Positions 9,017 through 19,624 of a DNA stretch of 64,000 nucleotides are shown here, in pieces; the stretch's first letter is position 1, and each line of letters opens with the position of its first letter. The position numbers and the translations under genes are program-made. Source of the DNA: Abditibacteriaceae bacterium (lineage in GTDB: Bacteria; Armatimonadota; Abditibacteriia; Abditibacteriales; Abditibacteriaceae). Location: positions 1-64,000 of the forward strand of contig JANPJS010000140.1 in assembly GCA_031425655.1 (NCBI GenBank), written 5' to 3'. The notes beneath the pieces are model-generated. The model was given only the letters and a program-made list of their open reading frames with translations. It did no database searches and was not told the DNA's origin.

Positions 9017-11960
9017 GGAACTCGCCATTCCCCAGCCGGTGCAAAAGGTGCTGGGCAGCTATTGCTACGACTGCCACGACGCAGACACGCAAAAGGGCGA
9101 GGTGCGCCTCGATAATCTGAAAAACCTCACGCTGGAGGCGCGGCTCGACCTTTTGAATCGCGTGCAGGAACAGGTGTATTTCGGCGAGATGCCGCCCAAG
9201 AAGAAGGCGCAGCCCACCGAGGCTGAGCGCGGCTTGCTCACGGAGTGGCTGGGGAAAGAGCTGCGGGCGCATGGCGCTTCGAATCTCGAAGAAAAGCTGC
9301 GAAAACCGGAGTTCGGCAACGTGGTGGACCACGGGAAATTGTTCTCCGGGAAATACAAAGACCTGCCCGGCTCCACGCCCGACCGGCGCTGGCTCATCAG
9401 CGAGTTTATTTTCGATGCGAAAATGAACCGGCTGCTGGAATACACCCCGCAGCGGGACATAGACCGCAAGCGCCAGCGGGTCATCGGCGATAACAACAGG
9501 GGTGGAATTCTCACCAATCCCTTTCTCCTGCCGAACCACAGTGGCGTCCGCTACTACGACACCACGCCACTGGATGGCGGGCATCTGCTTACGATGCTCT
9601 CCAACGCGAGGGAGGTTTCGAGGTTCATGATCGAGCGATCAAGAACCTCGCCGTATCTCCCGGCGCTCACGAAAATCATGGCAGCGGAGTGGGGGCACGA
9701 AAAAGTCCTCGCTGCGCGCGAGACCTATCTCAAAGCCAGCATCGACTCTCTGCTGCGTGAGCTTTACCAAGAGAAACACGACGAACTGCTGCCAAAGTTC
9801 GTCCCGACCACGCTTGAGCTGCCCAAGGAAGCTGCGCGGGCCGATGGCAAGAAAGTGAGTTTGCAGGATTTTGACAGCGCCGCCCCCAAGGGCGATTTGC
9901 CGGAAATCTGGGCTGCTATACGGAGAAATGAAGCAAACGAACAGAGCGACGCGGCGCTCATCGCGAAATGCGAGCGGGATTGGTTCATCTTCGGCATCAA
10001 TGACCGGCATATTCAGCTCCGCCTGAATTTCATGCACTTTTACTTGGATGAACTGCGGAAGCGTATGCCGAAGGACGTTCCCGCACCTCCAAAACCTCCA
10101 GCCGAGCCGGAACTGGCCATCCTCAAGGCGGCGCTTCTGAAGCATCGCAAGGCTGGGGACACTTACAGTGTTATCATTGCCAAGTGCATGGCCGAATGGA
10201 CGGAGCAGTTCAAACAAGAGCGCCTGAAGGCGGGCGGGATAAGCGAAGAGGCGACGGGAAATCTCGTGGACCAGCTGTTCTCCAAAATTTTTGAGCGCCT
10301 GCCTTCGTCGCAGGAAAAAGCCGAATACGTCGCGCTGGCGTATTACCCGGAGTTGGGCCATGAGAAGGCCATCAGGAAACTGGTGGAGACGATGCTGCTG
10401 CGGACGGATTTTGTGTATCGTCAGGAGTTCGGCGAAGGACAGGCGGACGAACATGGGCGCAGGATGCTCTCGCCGCGTGACGCCAGTTATGCCCTCGCCT
10501 ACGCGCTCACCGACAGCTCGCCGGACAAGCAACTGACGGCGGCTGCGGCCACCGGAAAATTGATCACGCGGGAAGATTACCGCCGTGAAGTCGAGCGGAT
10601 GCTCAAAGAGCGCGACCAGTTTTACATCGTGGAGGAGGCAGTGGAACGGGGCGGGGCCGACAGCTTCACCAATCTGCCGATTAGGAAGCTCCGCTTTTTT
10701 CGCGAGTTTTTCGGCTACCCCGGAATGCTCACCATTTTTAAGGACATCAAGCGCTTCGGCGGCAATTTCGGAGCAACGGCTGCACCGCTGGTGAGCGAGG
10801 CGGACAAACTGGTGGAGCACATCCTCTTGCAGGACCGGAATGTCTTTGAGCGGCTCCTGACCACGGAGGAGTTTTATGTCTATCATTCCGGGGACAACAA
10901 GGTGATGGCGGCTGCGTCCGAGAATATTCGCAAACACTACGAGTATTTCAAAGACAAGGACTGGCAGAATTTCGATGTGGCAAAATTTAAGGAACACGCG
11001 GCATTTCTCAAAGAGACGCCAATGCGCGGAATGCACAAATACAACCTCGATACCGATAGCGGGCTTCAGAATTTATTGCCAGGCTTCAAAACAAACATGA
11101 AGAGCTACTCGATCCGTCTGGATAAAGGTCAGACTGCCGCCGTTCCCTTCCCTGCATTCTCCTCCCACGACGCGACTGAGGCGATGACTCGCTCAGGGAA
11201 GGCGATGTATGGAGTCGAAGCGGCTAAGTCCTTCAATATCGACATCTCAAACTGGAATTACCCGGTCGAACAACCAGCTAAAGTGGAGCATCGCAGAGGC
11301 ATCCTCACCCACCCGGCGTGGCTGATTGCCTTCGCCAAAAATTCCGAAACAGACCCCGTTCATCGTGGCAAATGGGTGCGGGAGAAGCTGCTCGCAGGCA
11401 CCGTGCCGGATGTCCCTATCACCGTGGATGCCAAAATCCCCGAAGACCACACCAACACGCTCCGTAGCCGCCTCGCTAAGGCGACCGAAGTCGAATCCTG
11501 CTGGAAATGCCACGAGCTCATGAACCCGCTCGGAAACAGCTTTGAGATGTATGACGACTTCGGGCGTTTCCGCACCGAGGAGTCCCTCGAACACCCGGAT
11601 AACTTGGTCAAAAAAATGCCTGAAAAAGGCCCAGTCCAGGACGATTTGCGGGATATTTACAAGACGCTGCCAGTGGATACCAAAGGCAAACTCGCTGGAA
11701 GCGGCGACCCGCTGCTCGACGGCGAAGTCCGCGATGCCATTGACCTCGCCGTGCGCCTCTCCAAGGCCGCCACGGTTCGCCAGTCCATCATTCGCCACGC
11801 CTTCCGTTACTTCATGGGGCGCAACGAGTTCCTCTCGGACTCGAAGACCCTGATGGACGCCGACGAAGCTTACGTCAAAAGCGGCGGCAGCTTTGACGCG
11901 GTCATCGTCTCGCTCCTGACTTCCGATTCATTCATTTACCGCAAGCCCAACACCGGATGA
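8958..11960 (+). CDS. Di-haem DUF1588/DUF1592-type planctomycete cytochrome c protein
   Basis: CYDCH and CWKCH; GEMPP; RGILTHPAWL; TDPVHRGKWVREKLL; IRHAFRYFMGRNE; SDSFIYRK. Confidence 0.85.
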   Translation: MKRILISIIALAATNCGNAAELAIPQPVQKVLGSYCYDCHDADTQKGEVRLDNLKNLTLEARLDLLNRVQEQVYFGEMPPKKKAQPTEAERGLLTEWLGKELRAHGASNLEEKLRKPEFGNVVDHGKLFSGKYKDLPGSTPDRRWLISEFIFDAKMNRLLEYTPQRDIDRKRQRVIGDNNRGGILTNPFLLPNHSGVRYYDTTPLDGGHLLTMLSNAREVSRFMIERSRTSPYLPALTKIMAAEWGHEKVLAARETYLKASIDSLLRELYQEKHDELLPKFVPTTLELPKEAARADGKKVSLQDFDSAAPKGDLPEIWAAIRRNEANEQSDAALIAKCERDWFIFGINDRHIQLRLNFMHFYLDELRKRMPKDVPAPPKPPAEPELAILKAALLKHRKAGDTYSVIIAKCMAEWTEQFKQERLKAGGISEEATGNLVDQLFSKIFERLPSSQEKAEYVALAYYPELGHEKAIRKLVETMLLRTDFVYRQEFGEGQADEHGRRMLSPRDASYALAYALTDSSPDKQLTAAAATGKLITREDYRREVERMLKERDQFYIVEEAVERGGADSFTNLPIRKLRFFREFFGYPGMLTIFKDIKRFGGNFGATAAPLVSEADKLVEHILLQDRNVFERLLTTEEFYVYHSGDNKVMAAASENIRKHYEYFKDKDWQNFDVAKFKEHAAFLKETPMRGMHKYNLDTDSGLQNLLPGFKTNMKSYSIRLDKGQTAAVPFPAFSSHDATEAMTRSGKAMYGVEAAKSFNIDISNWNYPVEQPAKVEHRRGILTHPAWLIAFAKNSETDPVHRGKWVREKLLAGTVPDVPITVDAKIPEDHTNTLRSRLAKATEVESCWKCHELMNPLGNSFEMYDDFGRFRTEESLEHPDNLVKKMPEKGPVQDDLRDIYKTLPVDTKGKLAGSGDPLLDGEVRDAIDLAVRLSKAATVRQSIIRHAFRYFMGRNEFLSDSKTLMDADEAYVKSGGSFDAVIVSLLTSDSFIYRKPNTG

Positions 11961-11979
11961 AAACCCAAAAGGACACACA

Positions 11980-13374
11980 ATGAACACCAGAAGAGAATTT
12001 CTCAAATCAACAATCGTGGGTGCCGGAGCACTCTCGCTCACGCCGTGCCTCAAGGCATTTGGTGCCGAGCCTGCGGCCAATGGATTCCCCAAGCGCTTTA
12101 TCTTCATTCGCAAATCCAACGGCGAGCGACCGAACGAAGTAGCGCCGGTCAATTTCAGTGCGAAGGACAAAGCTCTCGATCTCAAGAAGCAGCCGCTCGA
12201 AGTGGACATCCGCGACCTTGAACTTCCGGTCTATCTGCGCGCCCTCGACAAGCACAAGGCGGACATGTGCATCCTCCAAGGCCTCTCCTCCAAGATGAGT
12301 GAGAACGGCCATTATTCTTACTCCTCTGTGATGGGCGCTTTCCATTCGAACCGCAACTCACTCAGCGGCATCAAGCGCGCCACCATTGATTTCGAACTTG
12401 CGAAGCTCTTTCCCTCGCCCTTCGGCCACGTCGAGTTGTCCCTCACGGGTGATTACAACGGCTACCGCACCGGCATCGCGTCCGGCTACTCCGCATCCGG
12501 CCCGCACCAGCGGAACTACTGCTACGCCGACCCGGAGACTGCCCATAACGAACTCTTTCGCGCCGTGACCAATCCCATCGCGGTGAACTCCGACAACAAG
12601 ATGCTCAACTTCCTCGAAAAAGACGAGTCCTTCAAGGAGCGTATCCTCGAAGGCTACGAGAAGCAGAAACTCAGCAGCCACATCAGCTCTATCGAAGGCA
12701 TCCGCGAGCGCAACTTGAAGCTCTCAAAGATGGCTGGCTCGATGGAAAAACACATCCCGCAACTTGCGAAGGCCCATGCCAACGGAGGGCCGACCGCCAA
12801 CGCGGTGGAAAAAATGAATGCCATGACGGACATCCTTTGTGCCGCGCTCATCACTGGCCTGACAAACGTGGTGACCTACGCCATTGACGACCTCGGTTCG
12901 CCGATCACAGGCCTGCCCGGCATTGAGACCGAGCGCCTCAATCTCCACTCCATCGGGCACGGTTCAGGAGTCCGCACCTTCACTGCCGACGAAGTCCGTG
13001 AAAAAATCCGCATCGCGCAAATACACCAAATCTTCCGTATCGTCGAGCGGCTCAAAGCCACGCCCGAAGGTAAAGGCACCATGTTCGACAACACTATGAT
13101 CATGTATTTCCCCGAAGGCGGCGAAACGCATCACTCCACTGGCGTCGAGGCACCCTTCGTCGTCATGGCGGGAAACAACTGCAAGTTGAACATGACAGGC
13201 CGCTACATTCGCCTGCCCTACCACGGCAGCGAAGGCCACAAAACCATCGGCAATTGGTATACGACCCTGCTCAACGCCCACGGCAATCCCATCAAGCACT
13301 ACGGCGACCTCGATCTCGAAATGTCGCGTTTGAAGCTGGATCAACTCGGCGCGATTAAACAGTTTCTCGCCTGA
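11980..13374 (+). CDS. DUF1552 family protein (Tat signal)
   Basis: TRREFLK; PKRFIFI; LKATPEGKGTMFDNT; directly follows a DUF1588-type gene. Confidence 0.85.
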   Translation: MNTRREFLKSTIVGAGALSLTPCLKAFGAEPAANGFPKRFIFIRKSNGERPNEVAPVNFSAKDKALDLKKQPLEVDIRDLELPVYLRALDKHKADMCILQGLSSKMSENGHYSYSSVMGAFHSNRNSLSGIKRATIDFELAKLFPSPFGHVELSLTGDYNGYRTGIASGYSASGPHQRNYCYADPETAHNELFRAVTNPIAVNSDNKMLNFLEKDESFKERILEGYEKQKLSSHISSIEGIRERNLKLSKMAGSMEKHIPQLAKAHANGGPTANAVEKMNAMTDILCAALITGLTNVVTYAIDDLGSPITGLPGIETERLNLHSIGHGSGVRTFTADEVREKIRIAQIHQIFRIVERLKATPEGKGTMFDNTMIMYFPEGGETHHSTGVEAPFVVMAGNNCKLNMTGRYIRLPYHGSEGHKTIGNWYTTLLNAHGNPIKHYGDLDLEMSRLKLDQLGAIKQFLA

Positions 13375-13559
13375 TTCAAAATAGAGCCTGCGTTGAACTC
13401 AAGCGTGGGCGGTATGTGGATTCACGACCATGCTCATCACGCTTTCGAGCGCAAAAGCCCAGTTGGCTGCGGAAAATCCCGCTGCCGGAGGGGGAAAAGC
13501 AGCCAGCATCTGCAATGCGACACGTTAATTCGACCGAACGGACGGACGGGAAAGCTGAA

Positions 13560-15998
13560 ATGATTCATTTTGTGAAAAACCTCTCAACGCTGCTTGCGAT
13601 GACTCTGGCCCTGCAGTGCCTGAGCGCAAGGGCCGTGGAAATCCCGGCCCAACTGCCCAAACCCGACGGCAAGCCGGGCGATGCAACCAGGCCGGTGAAG
13701 GTCTATATTCTCGCCGGGCAATCGAACATGGTGGGCATGGGCGATATCAGCGGGGCGCGTCCGCTTTTTCCGAGTGTGTTTCTTTCAGCCGATCCGGCGA
13801 TTGTCCCAGGGGCGATGCCCATCGGCGGGGGCGGTCTTGCCGCGCACGGGGTCTATCAGTCCGCGAAGGCGAGTGCGGGCAAAGGCGCGCAGGTGGCTGT
13901 ATATGCGGGTGCCTACGACGCAAAGGCGGACTACGCAAAGCGGACTCCTGCGAAGTCCGGCACGGTGGCTTTGGGGAGCGTCGCGGAGAAACTGCCCGCG
14001 ATGGATGGGCCGCACACGGTCGTGGTCAGCGCATTCCTCGATGTGCCGGCGAGCGGGAGCTACACGGTTCATGCGGGTTTTGAAGACAGCACCTGCAATG
14101 TCGTCACGCTCGATGGCAGGGAGGTGTATCGCAAGGATGTGGGCGGCAAGCCGGTAATCACCAAGGTCACGCTTGGAACAGGCAAACGCTACCCCGTGCA
14201 AATCACCTACTTCAAAGGCGGTTCCGCCGCGTTCTGGCTGGAGCAGGTGGACATCGAGGGCAAGGGCGATTTGAAGACGCTGACGACGAAGGACGGGAAG
14301 TTTCCGTATCTGGTGGACGACGCGGGCAAGTGGACGGTGCGCAACGATGTCACCTACACGGACCCACGGCTGTTCCCCATGCGGGCCAGCTCGCCGCTTT
14401 CCGCCATGTCGAACAACGGCGGCACCATCGGGCCGGAAGTGGGCTTTGGTTTCGTGATGGGGACATTTCACGATGAGCAGGTGTTGCTGATCAAAACGTC
14501 CAACGGCAACCGCTCGCTGAACTTTGATTTTCGTCCACCTTCCAGTGGCAAGTCCGATCAGAAAGGTGCTGAGCAATATGAAGGACTGGAATACCGGCTG
14601 ATGATCGAGGGTGTGCGAAAGACGCTCGGCGAGCTTGATAAAGTCGTGCCCGGCTACAAAGGACAGGGCTATGAGGTAGCGGGATTCGGCTGGTTCCAGG
14701 GCCACAAAGACAGTGGCTCGACCAAGCAGGAATACGAGAAGCACCTCGGTAATTTGATCAACGACCTGCGCAAGGAATTCAAGACACCGAAGATGCCGGC
14801 GGTGGTGGCGACGGTCGGCTTTAACGGCTACCAGATCGTGAAGGGACCGTGGCAGGGAGTCTGGGAGGCGCAGATGGCGGTCGGTGATGCCAGGCAGCAC
14901 CCGGACTTTGCGGGCACGGTGGCGTCGGTGGATACGCGGGATTTCTGGCGCGAGATCGAGGAATCGCCGAGGAGTCAGGACTACCACTACCATCGCAATC
15001 CGGAGACGTATCTGCTGGTCGGCGAAGCGATGGGCCGCGCAATGGTGCGCATGCACGGCGGCACGGCGGCGGAGATTCCGAAGTCGGACCGCGAAGCGCG
15101 GACGGACGGCCGCGTGGCGGCGGAAGCCGCCGCCGCCGCGAAACCAGCGCCAACCGCAGAGCAAAAAGCCGCATCGGCAGTCGCGCTCAAACCGCTGATC
15201 CTTGACGGCGCGCTGGCGTCATTTGTGAGCAGTCCGCGCTATCAGCCAGCGTTGCAGGCCGCGCTCAAAGCCGCAACGCCCGCAAAAGCGCCAGCGTCTC
15301 TGGATGACGCGCTGGATGAAGCCGCCGACTACTTTCGCGCCGCCGGTATTTCGGATTACGACTGGAAGCCGTTCGGCGGCGAAATCAAAGACGCCACTTG
15401 GGATTACCTCAACTTCGATCTGCCGGCTGGCCACGACAAGGCCAAAGGAATCACCGACCTCAAAATGACCAGTCCTGCCGGGATGGAAAATTGGTTCACG
15501 CCGGACTTCGATGCGAAGAAGGCAGGTTGGAAGAGCGGCGCAGCTCCGTTTGGAGTGGAAAAAGACCCTCTCGCTTATCCGGAATGGTTCGGGCCCAGCA
15601 AACGCGTTCCTCCGAAAACGGTGTGCGAGAGCGATGTGTTGCTGCTGCGCCGGGCATTCGATTTCCCGCCATTAAAGGACGGCCACCGCTACCGCATCAG
15701 GGTCAATGGCAGCGTCCACGCCAATTCCGGCGAGGGTTATGCAATCTTCGTCAACGGGAAGCTGCTGGCCGAGTCGAAATCCGGCGTGGTCGCTTGGCGC
15801 AGAGAGGGCGGCAAGCCCCGCGGCGGCCATGTCAGGGCCGATTTTCGCAATGAGTTCAAAGGCGGCAAAGTGACCATCGCAATCAGCAACTTTCCGATGA
15901 ACAACCGGACGGGCGATGGTTTTCTTCCGGCCTCCCGCGATTCCTTGAGTGTCTGGCTGGAAGAGATGAAAATTCCGCCGGTCGGGGCGATGGATTAA
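13560..15998 (+). CDS. Secreted sialate O-acetylesterase-like (SGNH/SASA) protein with an inserted beta-sandwich domain and a C-terminal domain
   Basis: VKVYILAGQSNMVG; IGPEVGFG; GFGWFQG; DYHY; signal peptide. Confidence 0.8.
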   Translation: MIHFVKNLSTLLAMTLALQCLSARAVEIPAQLPKPDGKPGDATRPVKVYILAGQSNMVGMGDISGARPLFPSVFLSADPAIVPGAMPIGGGGLAAHGVYQSAKASAGKGAQVAVYAGAYDAKADYAKRTPAKSGTVALGSVAEKLPAMDGPHTVVVSAFLDVPASGSYTVHAGFEDSTCNVVTLDGREVYRKDVGGKPVITKVTLGTGKRYPVQITYFKGGSAAFWLEQVDIEGKGDLKTLTTKDGKFPYLVDDAGKWTVRNDVTYTDPRLFPMRASSPLSAMSNNGGTIGPEVGFGFVMGTFHDEQVLLIKTSNGNRSLNFDFRPPSSGKSDQKGAEQYEGLEYRLMIEGVRKTLGELDKVVPGYKGQGYEVAGFGWFQGHKDSGSTKQEYEKHLGNLINDLRKEFKTPKMPAVVATVGFNGYQIVKGPWQGVWEAQMAVGDARQHPDFAGTVASVDTRDFWREIEESPRSQDYHYHRNPETYLLVGEAMGRAMVRMHGGTAAEIPKSDREARTDGRVAAEAAAAAKPAPTAEQKAASAVALKPLILDGALASFVSSPRYQPALQAALKAATPAKAPASLDDALDEAADYFRAAGISDYDWKPFGGEIKDATWDYLNFDLPAGHDKAKGITDLKMTSPAGMENWFTPDFDAKKAGWKSGAAPFGVEKDPLAYPEWFGPSKRVPPKTVCESDVLLLRRAFDFPPLKDGHRYRIRVNGSVHANSGEGYAIFVNGKLLAESKSGVVAWRREGGKPRGGHVRADFRNEFKGGKVTIAISNFPMNNRTGDGFLPASRDSLSVWLEEMKIPPVGAMD

Positions 15999-16180
15999 TT
16001 GCAACACTCCAATCCGCCAAACAACAATCGGATGACAAAGGCATTCTTATGATAGGCATCAAAAAGGACAACAAGGTGGTCTATCGCTTGGTTCTTGCGA
16101 GAGTTCACAAGGCGATTGTTAGCGCGAACCAGAACAACTCTCTCTCCAGTTTTGGTCCTACGTCCAGCCCCGTCCAGAAA

Positions 16181-17157
16181 ATGCAAATGATGGGACCGCT
16201 TAAAGTCGCCTGCGTGGTTGTGCCACTGGTCGCCATGATGGGAATGAGCGGTTTGACCGGTGAACCGGCCCAACTCAGTGACCATCCCCGCACGGACAAA
16301 GGCGGATTCATTGATGAACATGTTCACTTTGATGATCGCCACGCTGGCGATTTGGACAAGGTCGCCGAATGGATGAAGTCCAACAACGTGCAGCGATGCA
16401 TCAATCATCCTCTGGCTCAAATCCGAACGCGGAACGAAGACGAACGTAAACAGATGCTTGAGAATTATGCGAAATACAAGGGACGCATTGATCGCTTCTG
16501 TATCATTTTTCCCGATGAAGTGAACAGCGTGGAAGAAGCCGTCAAGATTCTGACCAAAGAAAAGCAGGATGGGGCCATCGGCTTCGGTGAACACTATGGC
16601 GTAGGGCTGAAGTTCGACGATCCCAAGAATCTGCGGCTGTATGAGGCCTGCCAAAAGGTGGGCTGCCGGTGATGTTTCACATTGACCAGAACAAAAACAT
16701 GGATGAAAAAGGTCTCCCGCGCGTTGAGCACGTCCTGAAAACCTTCCCCAACGTCATACTTATTGCTCACTCGTTCTGGTGGAAACACCTTTCCGACGGG
16801 ACTTGTGACCGGCTTCTTAAAACCTATCCGAATTTGTATGCCGATATCTCGGCCACGGTTAGGATGAGCCTCATCGGCCGCGACAAGGATTTTGCGAGAG
16901 CGTTTTTCATTCGCAATGCCGACAAGTTGATTTTTGGCTCCGACAGTGGCTGGTGGTCATTAGGCAAAGATAAGGACGGGCAGGACAAGAAACCAGCTCC
17001 GGAGTTTGCGCTGATTGATGAACTCAATCTTCCGTCCGACGTGGCAGACAAGATCTGCCGGGGCAATGCCGAACGGTTGTTTTGGGGAGGCAAACCGACC
17101 GATTCCACTCCGCCGCTTCCCGGTTTCGCACCGCCAAAACCCAAGGACAAGCCATGA
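16181..17157 (+). pseudogene. Amidohydrolase-family protein with a 1-nt frameshift near 16660
   Basis: FIDEHVH and GAIGFGE in the first frame; LPVMFHID, LIAH, NLYADIS, LIFGSD and NAERL in the second. Start uncertain. Confidence 0.8.
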
Positions 17158-17212
17158 AGCGCATTCTCATTTTCATAATCGCCCTTGCCGCGACGAATTG
17201 CGGCCACGCGGC
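17112..17212 (+). repeat. Direct repeat DR2, copy b
   Basis: Matches 8916-9016 at 95/101. Confidence 0.95.
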
Positions 17213-19610
17213 TGAAGTTGTCGTGCCCCAGCCGGTGCAGGGCGCGCTGCGCAGCTATTGCATTAGCTGCCACAACGACAAAAAGAGCAAGGGCGAGGTG
17301 CGTCTCGACAACTACGCGACCGTGGATGCCAAATCGCGGCTCGATTTGCTGAACCGGCTGCAGGAGCAGTTGCACTTCAACGCGATGCCGCCGGAAGATG
17401 TCAAGCAGCCGTCCGTCGCCGAGAAAAAGCTGCTCACCGATTGGGTGCGCGGCGAATTGACCAAGTCGAACGCGCCGTTGATTGAAGACAAGCTGCGTTA
17501 TCCCGACTACGGCAACGCGGTTGACCACGAGCGTCTGTTTAGCGGCGAAATCAAAGAAAAACCCTTCGGCCCGGCGCGGCGCTGGCTGGTGAGTCCGCAG
17601 ATTTTCACGGGCCGGGTCATTGATATTTTCCGTCCGGTGGGAGCGCCTTACGACAAATATCTGCGCTGGCCCGTTAGCTTTTACGGCGTGACCAACCCGT
17701 TTATTCTGCCCGACCGCGCGGGGATTCGCGATTACGCTATCACACCGCTCGACGGCGGGCACTTGCTGGTGATGCTGGGCAACGCGCAGTGGATTTCGCA
17801 CAAGCAAATCCGCGAGGCGCGCGTCAAAAAGGGCGATTTCAAAGCCGACTTTTTTGAAAACCGTTCCGACAAATTTACCTCGCCCACGCCGCCGGCCTTC
17901 GAGAAGATCATCCTCAGCGCGGCCAAACCCAGCGACGACGCGCTCATCGCTGCCATTCAGGCCCAGTTTGGGCTGGTGCTGCAACGCACGGCCAACGAAA
18001 AGGAACTGGAAAAATATCTTGAATTGACCCGCTCTTCGATTGACTTAGCCGGCAACACCGAAGGCCTGCGCCAGATGCTGGTTGCGGTTTTGCTGGAATC
18101 GGAGTTTCTCTATCGCCTCGAATTCGGTGCCGGCGCGCCCGACGAATTCGGCAGAAAGCAGCTTTCGCCGCGCGAGGCCAGCTATGCGATTTCGTATGCG
18201 CTGGGCGACTGGAATCCCGACCCGGCGCTGGTCAAAGCCGCCGCCGAAGGTCGCCTGAACAGCAAAGACGATTACCAGCGCGAAGTGCGGCGATTACTGG
18301 CCGACCAAACCTATTTCAAGGGCCAGATTGACCCATCCATCAACAATTCCGATGTCACCACGCACCCGAAAATCCTGCGGTTTTTCCGCGAGTTTTTCGG
18401 CTACCCCAATGCGGTGAAGGTGTTCAAGGATAAAAACCGCAGCGGTGGCTACTACGACAATCCGGGGCGCGGCAGCAGCGGAACACCGGGCAGCCTGGTG
18501 CGGGAAGCGGACAAAATTGTTGACCTCGTGGTCAGGCAGGACAAACAGGTGCTGGAAAAGCTGCTGACCACCGACGAGTATTTTCTTTATCAACACGTTG
18601 ACAACGAAAAAGGCCAGAAAATCATCGCCGGCTGGCGCGAACTTTACGACGCGCTCAAAGACACCGACTGGCGCAAAAACCCCGACAAAGTCGCCGCCGA
18701 ACATCTGGATTTGCTGAAAAAACACCAGGTTGACCTTGTTTCGACAGGGCGCGGCGCGCATTCCAACACCCTGCCGCGCATGATGGAGCATTTTTCTTAC
18801 ACATTTGGCCAGGGCCGGACGCCGTTCACGATTTTGCCGTGGGCGCACGGCAATAATTATCGCTACTCGCAATCCTACAGCCTGCCCGCCACGCCGGGCT
18901 TAAGCGGGCAATATGGCGGCGACGACAAGCTGGATTATCCGATAGCGCAGCCGTTCAAGATCGCCAACCGCAAAGGCATTCTCAGCCATCCGGCGTGGCT
19001 CATCGCCCACGCCTCCAATTTTCACACCGACCCGATTCGGCGCGGGCGCTGGATCCGCGAAAAGCTGCTGGCCGGGCGCGTGCCGGATGTGCCAATTACG
19101 GTGGACGCCAAAGTGCCCGAAGACCCGCACATGACCTTGCGCGAGCGCGTGGAAAGCGTGACCGCGAAGCCAGCCTGCGCCAACTGCCATTCGCAGATGA
19201 ACCCTCTGGGCTATGCATTTGAAAAGTTCGACGACTTCGGACGATTTCGCGCCGACGAGCCTTTGGAATATCCGGAAAACCTGATCGAAAAAGCCAAAGG
19301 CAAATACGACGCCGACACCTACAAAACCAAGCCAGTGGACACTTCCGGCTTCTTGACCGGCACCGGCGACGCCAAGCTGGATGGCCCGGTGCGCGACGCC
19401 TTCGACCTGATTGACCGGCTCGCCAAATCCGAACGCGCCCGCCAGTCCATCATCCGCCACGCGTTTCGTTTTTTCATGGGCCGCAACGAAACGCTGGCCG
19501 ATTCGCAAACGCTGATTGAGGCCGACAAGGCCTATCTCGCCAGCGAAGGCAGTTTCAACGCGGTCATCGTGTCGCTGCTCAGTTCCGATTCGTTCATGTA
19601 TCGCAAGTGA
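17154..19610 (+). CDS. Di-haem DUF1588/DUF1592-type protein, paralogue of 8958-11960
   Basis: CISCH and CANCH; KGILSHPAWL; TDPIRRGRWIREKLL; SDSFMYRK. ATG overlaps the upstream TGA. Confidence 0.85.
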   Translation: MKRILIFIIALAATNCGHAAEVVVPQPVQGALRSYCISCHNDKKSKGEVRLDNYATVDAKSRLDLLNRLQEQLHFNAMPPEDVKQPSVAEKKLLTDWVRGELTKSNAPLIEDKLRYPDYGNAVDHERLFSGEIKEKPFGPARRWLVSPQIFTGRVIDIFRPVGAPYDKYLRWPVSFYGVTNPFILPDRAGIRDYAITPLDGGHLLVMLGNAQWISHKQIREARVKKGDFKADFFENRSDKFTSPTPPAFEKIILSAAKPSDDALIAAIQAQFGLVLQRTANEKELEKYLELTRSSIDLAGNTEGLRQMLVAVLLESEFLYRLEFGAGAPDEFGRKQLSPREASYAISYALGDWNPDPALVKAAAEGRLNSKDDYQREVRRLLADQTYFKGQIDPSINNSDVTTHPKILRFFREFFGYPNAVKVFKDKNRSGGYYDNPGRGSSGTPGSLVREADKIVDLVVRQDKQVLEKLLTTDEYFLYQHVDNEKGQKIIAGWRELYDALKDTDWRKNPDKVAAEHLDLLKKHQVDLVSTGRGAHSNTLPRMMEHFSYTFGQGRTPFTILPWAHGNNYRYSQSYSLPATPGLSGQYGGDDKLDYPIAQPFKIANRKGILSHPAWLIAHASNFHTDPIRRGRWIREKLLAGRVPDVPITVDAKVPEDPHMTLRERVESVTAKPACANCHSQMNPLGYAFEKFDDFGRFRADEPLEYPENLIEKAKGKYDADTYKTKPVDTSGFLTGTGDAKLDGPVRDAFDLIDRLAKSERARQSIIRHAFRFFMGRNETLADSQTLIEADKAYLASEGSFNAVIVSLLSSDSFMYRK

Positions 19611-19624
19611 ACTGTTCTAAAGTC

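Noticed and set aside
13375..13559. Possible signal-peptide remnant (MLITLSSAKAQLAAENPAAGG...)
   Set aside because: No matching copy found in the window; too weak to call.
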